The notes under the pieces were generated by a model. It saw only the letters and a list, made by a program, of their open reading frames with translations. It was not told where the DNA came from and made no database searches. DNA of 64,000 nt from Candidatus Multivorans sp. (GTDB taxonomy: Bacteria > Acidobacteriota > Thermoanaerobaculia > Multivoradales > Multivoraceae), in the NCBI GenBank assembly GCA_965222875.1, contig CBDCVC010000001.1:117264-181263 (forward strand), read 5' to 3'. The position numbers and the translations under genes are program-made. Below, one piece after another: positions 59,786 through 64,000 of the stretch (its first letter is position 1; the number at the start of each line of letters is the position of its first letter).

Positions 59786-60694
59786 TCATTCATGGGTGGC
59801 GGTTGGTGCCGGTGTTTGGTCTCTTAGGAGTGCAGGCGGCCTTGGAAGAGCCCGATCCCGCGCCGCGGCCAGGGCCCGCTTGCCGTAGACCTTGCCGACG
59901 TGGACGCGGTAGTCGCCGGAGGCGAAGATGTCGCCGATGGGGTCTTCGGTGTCGAGGCCGGAGGCTGCTGCGGCGATGGCGTCGTCGGAGAGGTCGCTGC
60001 CGACGAGTGATGACACGTCGACTGCGGTCGGCACGGCGCCGACACCGCCGACGACGAGGCCGGCTGCGGTGCAGCGGCCGTGATGGACGGTGACCGATGC
60101 CGCGGCGCCGACGACGGCGTAGCCGGAGGCCGGGTGCTCGAACTTGAGGTAGGCCGAGCCAGTGCCGGCGCCTGGAGCGGGGATGTCGACGTGGGTGAGG
60201 ATCTCGTCCTCGCCGACATCGGTCATCAGCAGGTCCTGGAAGAAGTCGCCCGCGGCGACCGAGCGGGTGCCGGACGGGGACTGGAGGTGGACCGAGGCGC
60301 CCAGCAGGACGAGCACGGGCGGCAGATCCGAGCCGGGGTCGGCGTGGGCGATGTTGCCGCCGATGGTGCCGCGGTTGCGGACCTGGGCGTCGCCGATGTG
60401 GCCGGCCGCTTCGGCGAGAACCGGGCAACGGGCGGCGAGCAGGTCCGAGGCCGCGATCTCGGCGTGGGTGGTCAGGGCGCCGACCCGGACTGAGCCGCCG
60501 GCATCGGAGATGCCCTTCAGTTCGTCGAGGCGGCCGATGTCGATGACCACGGGCGGCTGCGCGAGGCGCAGCTTCATCATCGGGATCAGGCTGTGGCCGC
60601 CGGCCATCAGCTTGGCGTCTTCGTGCTCCTGCAGCAGGCCGAGCGCTTCATCGACCGATCCGGCGCGGCGGTAATCGAACTGGGCTGGGTACAT
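59786..60694 (-). CDS. coxM: Xanthine dehydrogenase/CoxM-family FAD subunit
   Basis: MYPAQFDY, AGGHSLIPMMKLRLA, QVRNRGTIGGN, ASGDYR. Confidence 0.88.
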   Translation of the reverse strand: MYPAQFDYRRAGSVDEALGLLQEHEDAKLMAGGHSLIPMMKLRLAQPPVVIDIGRLDELKGISDAGGSVRVGALTTHAEIAASDLLAARCPVLAEAAGHIGDAQVRNRGTIGGNIAHADPGSDLPPVLVLLGASVHLQSPSGTRSVAAGDFFQDLLMTDVGEDEILTHVDIPAPGAGTGSAYLKFEHPASGYAVVGAAASVTVHHGRCTAAGLVVGGVGAVPTAVDVSSLVGSDLSDDAIAAAASGLDTEDPIGDIFASGDYRVHVGKVYGKRALAAARDRALPRPPALLRDQTPAPTATHE

Positions 60695-60756
60695 ATCGGT
60701 GCTCCTGATTCGGCGGCTTTGCTTGTTTGGCTGGGAGATTGTAGACGGTTTGAGGA

Positions 60757-63111
60757 CTATTCGGCGTTCACGGCACGCCACACCTTCTCGGGCGTGAGCG
60801 GCATGTCGATGTGAGTGACGCCGAACGGCGCCAGCGCGTCGACGACGGCGTTGACGACGGCCGGCGGCGAAGCGATCGCGCCGGCTTCGCCGACGCCCTT
60901 GACCCCCAGCGGATTGTGCGGGCAGGGCGTCGTCGTGCGGTCCAGTTCGAACGGGATCAGGTTGTGGATCTTGGGCAGCGCGTAGTCCATCAACGAGCCC
61001 GTCACCAACTGTCCGCTGTCGTCGTAGACCGCGTTCTCCCACAGCGCCTGACCGATCCCCTGCGCCAGACCCCCGTGGAGTTGGCCGTCGACGATCATCG
61101 GGTTGATCACGTTGCCGACATCGTCGACCGCGGCGTAGCGCAGCAGTTCGATGGCGCCGGTCTCCGTGTCGATCTCGACCACGCAGATGTGGGTGCCGAA
61201 CGGATAGGTGAAGTTGGCGGGGTCGTAGAACGTGGTGGCGGAGAGGCCCGGCTCCAGGTCGTCAGGGTAGTTGTGCGCCAGGTACGCCTGGAGGGCCACG
61301 TCGCCGAGCCCGAGCGCGCGGTCCGGCGAGCCGGCTACGCGGAAGCTGCCGTCCTCGTACTCGATGTCCTCGGCGGAGGCCTCGAGCAGGTGGGCGGCGA
61401 TCTTCTTGCCCTTCTCGATGATCTTGTCGACGCTTTCCGCGATCGCCGAACCGCCGACGGCGGCGCTGCGGCTGCCGTAGGTGCCCATGCCGAACTGGAC
61501 CAGGTCGGTGTCGCCGTGGATCACCTCGACCGCCTCCGGAGCGACGCCGAGCCGGTCGGCGACGATCTGGGAGAAGGTCGTCTCGTGGCCCTGGCCGTGG
61601 GAGGAGGAGCCGGTGTAGACGGTGACGGAACCGGTGGGGTGGACGCGCACGTCGGCGCTCTCCCACAGCCCGGCCTGGGCGCCCAGCGAGCCGACGACCG
61701 CCGACGGGGCCAGACCGCAGGCCTCGATGTAGGACGAGAAACCGATCCCGAGCTGCCGGCGGCCGTTGCCGTTGGCGCGGCGGGACGCCTGCTCGCGGCG
61801 CAGGTCGTCGTAGCCGACCATCTCGAGCGCGCGGTCCATCGCCGGCGCGTAGTTGCCCGAGTCGTACGCGAGCGCGACCTGGGTCTGGTACGGGAAGGCG
61901 TCCGGCGGGACGAAGTTCCGCTTGCGAACTTCGATCGGTCCGAGTCCGGTCGCGTCGCCGGCGAGATGCATCAGCCGCTCGATGACGAAGGTCGCCTCCG
62001 GGCGTCCGGCGCCGCGGTAGGCGTCGACGGGCGCGGTGTGGGTGAAGACGCCGGTCACGTGGCAGTGGATCGCCGGGATGTCGTACTGGCCGGACATCAG
62101 CGTGCCGTAGAGGTAGGTCGGCACCGCCGGCGCGAAGGTCGAGAGGTAGGCGCCCATGGCGGCCTTGGTGTCGACCCGCAGGCCGATGATGCGTCCGTCG
62201 CCGTCAAACGCCATCGCGCAGTGCGTCGAGTGGTCGCGCCCGTGGGCGTCGGTGAGGTTCGTCTCCGTGCGCGTCGCGGCCCACTTGACCGGCCGGTCTA
62301 GCTTCATCGAGCACAGGCCCACGATCGCCTCGTCGGCGTAGTGGTGGATCTTGCTGCCGAAGCCGCCGCCGACCTCGGGCGCGACGATCCGCACCTTGTG
62401 CTCGGGCATGCCGAGCGACGCGAGCGTCATCAGCAGGCGATGGACGTGCGGATTCTGGGTCGTCATGTGGATCGTCATGTCGCCGGTCGACGAGTCGTAG
62501 GACGCGAGCACCGCGCGCGCTTCGATGGCGTGCGGGATGAGGCGGTTGTTGCGGAGATCGAGCTCCACCGTCTGGGCGGCCTGCGCGAAGGCGGCGTCGA
62601 CCGCGTCTTGGTCGCCGATCTCCCAGTCGAAGGCGACGTTGCCGGGCGCGTCTTCGTGGACCGTGGGCGCGCCGTCCTCGAGCGCTGCGACTACGTCGGC
62701 GACCGCGTCGAGCGGTTCGTAGTCGACCGCGACCCGTTCCGCGGCGTCGCGGGCGACGTAGCGGTCCTCGGCGACTACGACCGCCACCGCGTCGCCGACG
62801 TGGCGGACGGTGTCGGCGGCGATCATGGGGTGGGCCGGCGTCTTGAGGCCGGGCAGCAGCCAGCCCACGGGCACCACGCCGGGAATGCCGGCCGCCGCGA
62901 CGTCGCGCGCCGTGAGCACGGCGAGGACGCCGGGCAGCGCCTCGGCAGCGGAGGTGTCGATGCCGCGGATGCGGGCGTGGGCGTAGGGGCTGCGCACCAT
63001 CGCGGCGTGCGTCATGCCTTCGACCTTCAGGTCGTCGGTGTACTTGCCGCGGCCGGTGATGAGGGCCGGGTCCTCCCGGCGCTTGATCGAGGTGCCGAGT
63101 ACGCGCGCCAT
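60757..63111 (-). CDS. coxL: Molybdopterin large subunit, form II CoxL-like
   Basis: [32 protein letters not shown]. Confidence 0.85.
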   Translation of the reverse strand: MARVLGTSIKRREDPALITGRGKYTDDLKVEGMTHAAMVRSPYAHARIRGIDTSAAEALPGVLAVLTARDVAAAGIPGVVPVGWLLPGLKTPAHPMIAADTVRHVGDAVAVVVAEDRYVARDAAERVAVDYEPLDAVADVVAALEDGAPTVHEDAPGNVAFDWEIGDQDAVDAAFAQAAQTVELDLRNNRLIPHAIEARAVLASYDSSTGDMTIHMTTQNPHVHRLLMTLASLGMPEHKVRIVAPEVGGGFGSKIHHYADEAIVGLCSMKLDRPVKWAATRTETNLTDAHGRDHSTHCAMAFDGDGRIIGLRVDTKAAMGAYLSTFAPAVPTYLYGTLMSGQYDIPAIHCHVTGVFTHTAPVDAYRGAGRPEATFVIERLMHLAGDATGLGPIEVRKRNFVPPDAFPYQTQVALAYDSGNYAPAMDRALEMVGYDDLRREQASRRANGNGRRQLGIGFSSYIEACGLAPSAVVGSLGAQAGLWESADVRVHPTGSVTVYTGSSSHGQGHETTFSQIVADRLGVAPEAVEVIHGDTDLVQFGMGTYGSRSAAVGGSAIAESVDKIIEKGKKIAAHLLEASAEDIEYEDGSFRVAGSPDRALGLGDVALQAYLAHNYPDDLEPGLSATTFYDPANFTYPFGTHICVVEIDTETGAIELLRYAAVDDVGNVINPMIVDGQLHGGLAQGIGQALWENAVYDDSGQLVTGSLMDYALPKIHNLIPFELDRTTTPCPHNPLGVKGVGEAGAIASPPAVVNAVVDALAPFGVTHIDMPLTPEKVWRAVNAE

Positions 63112-63112
63112 C

Positions 63113-63580
63113 TCAGTTCATCCTTTCGGCGGCGTACTTCACGGCCTCCACGATGTTGTGGTAGCCGGTGCATCGGCAGATGTTGCCCTTCAGCCCCTCG
63201 CGGATCTCCTCGTCGCTCGGGTTCGGGTTCTGCGCCAGCAGGTAGTTCGCGGACAGGATCATGCCCGGTGTGCAGTAGCCGCACTGCAGGCCGTGCTTCT
63301 CCCAGAAGGCGTCCTGCAGGGGATGCAGCTCGCCGTTCTGGGCCAGGCCCTCGATTGTCTGGACCGCCGCGCCGTCCGCCTGCACCGCAAGCACGGTGCA
63401 GGACTTGACCGCCTGGCCGTCGACCAGAATCGTGCAGGCGCCGCAGAGACTGGTCTCGCAGCCGATGTTGGCGCCCGTGAGGCCCAGATCTTCCCGCAGG
63501 AAGTGGACCAGCAGGCGCCGCGGCTCGACCTCGGCCTGTACCGCCTTGCCGTTGACTTCGAGTTGTATGGACACGGTCAT
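63113..63580 (-). CDS. coxS: 2Fe-2S small subunit
   Basis: [27 protein letters not shown]. Confidence 0.9.
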   Translation of the reverse strand: MTVSIQLEVNGKAVQAEVEPRRLLVHFLREDLGLTGANIGCETSLCGACTILVDGQAVKSCTVLAVQADGAAVQTIEGLAQNGELHPLQDAFWEKHGLQCGYCTPGMILSANYLLAQNPNPSDEEIREGLKGNICRCTGYHNIVEAVKYAAERMN

Positions 63581-63609
63581 TTCTGGAGTGTCTCCTTTCT
63601 ATTGGCGAT

Positions 63610-64000
63610 CTACGAGCAAGCGCGAAGTGAAATGGCGATGGCGGCAAGAACGACCAGGGCGCCGCCGGCAAGGTAGGGCCAGAGTTCCTTGGCCAGACCG
63701 GCAGCGAACCGGCCGGCGAAGGCGGCCTGGGACGGCGCTTCGGCGCCGGCAGTAGCCGCCGCTGCAGCCGCCCGCGCCTCAAGCTGCTTGTCCAGGCCCT
63801 GGAGGCCCTGACGGGTCAGCACCTTGGCCGAGCTGTCGAGTAGCCGCTGGCCGACGGCGGCGATGCGGCCGCCGACTCGGGCGTCGATGTCGTAGTGCAG
63901 CAATGTGCCGCCGTCGTCCGCCTCCTCGAGGCGAATGGAGCCGGTACCGTTGACGAAGCCGGGCGCCCCCTTGCCGTCCATCTTCAGGTTGTAGCCGTTC
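63610..64000 (-). CDS. coxG: CoxG/SRPBCC protein, 5' end outside the window
   Basis: [10 protein letters not shown]...[16 protein letters not shown] plus C-terminal TM helix. Confidence 0.85.
   Translation of the reverse strand, partial: NGYNLKMDGKGAPGFVNGTGSIRLEEADDGGTLLHYDIDARVGGRIAAVGQRLLDSSAKVLTRQGLQGLDKQLEARAAAAAATAGAEAPSQAAFAGRFAAGLAKELWPYLAGGALVVLAAIAISLRACS

Larger units (their letters stand above)
56757..59793 (-). pseudogene. Three-TM membrane protein interrupted by ISL3 (parts 59475-59793 and 56757-56934)
   Basis: Removing ISL3 restores PPEQNVK|KALKERARW in frame; about 165 aa with three hydrophobic helices. Confidence 0.8.

Noticed and set aside
59844-59852. Extra ISL3 end (GGAAGAGCC) at the coxM junction
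   Set aside because: Only 9 bp match, with no further IR similarity or matching DR
60757-63111. Bona fide (form I) CO dehydrogenase
   Set aside because: Active-site loop is AYRGAGR, not AYXCSFR, and gene order is S-L-M; substrate is uncertain
1-64000. tRNA, rRNA, prophage or integrase genes
   Set aside because: None recognised by eye; a covariance-model scan would be needed to exclude small RNAs

Overview
High-GC bacterial chromosomal window; the tricorn protease, PQQ-type beta-propeller and REP-like palindromes suggest an Acidobacteria/Planctomycetes-like lineage (inference only). Core genes: an ABC exporter pair (0.1-3.8 kb), a GT2/propeller/tricorn/aceB/glcF/gap-like/gap/eda/pyk/acyl-CoA dehydrogenase block (34.7-50.7 kb) and a form II coxG-S-L-M cluster (59.8-64 kb). 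Two accessory regions lie between them. Region 1 (about 3.9-34.7 kb) is a decaying defence island. It holds an IS1595 element carrying an EcoRI-family methylase and a DUF262-HNH nuclease, and a DISARM-like set (TPR/DUF2325-like protein, truncated DrmD-like SNF2, giant DEAD/DUF1998-nuclease-S24 helicase). It also holds many TA modules and an apparently intact five-gene operon: tandem ubiquitin-like protein with no C-terminal Gly, cysteine-free E2-like protein, JAB-E1 fusion, ABC-type ATPase and PIN-like protein. Region 2 (50.7-59.8 kb) has co-oriented small genes separated by three copies of a ~200-bp self-complementary repeat, plus a nested IS3-in-ISL3-in-gene insertion. Seven IS insertions could be delimited by inverted repeats and target duplications. 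All family assignments come from motif recognition by eye; no database searches were run.
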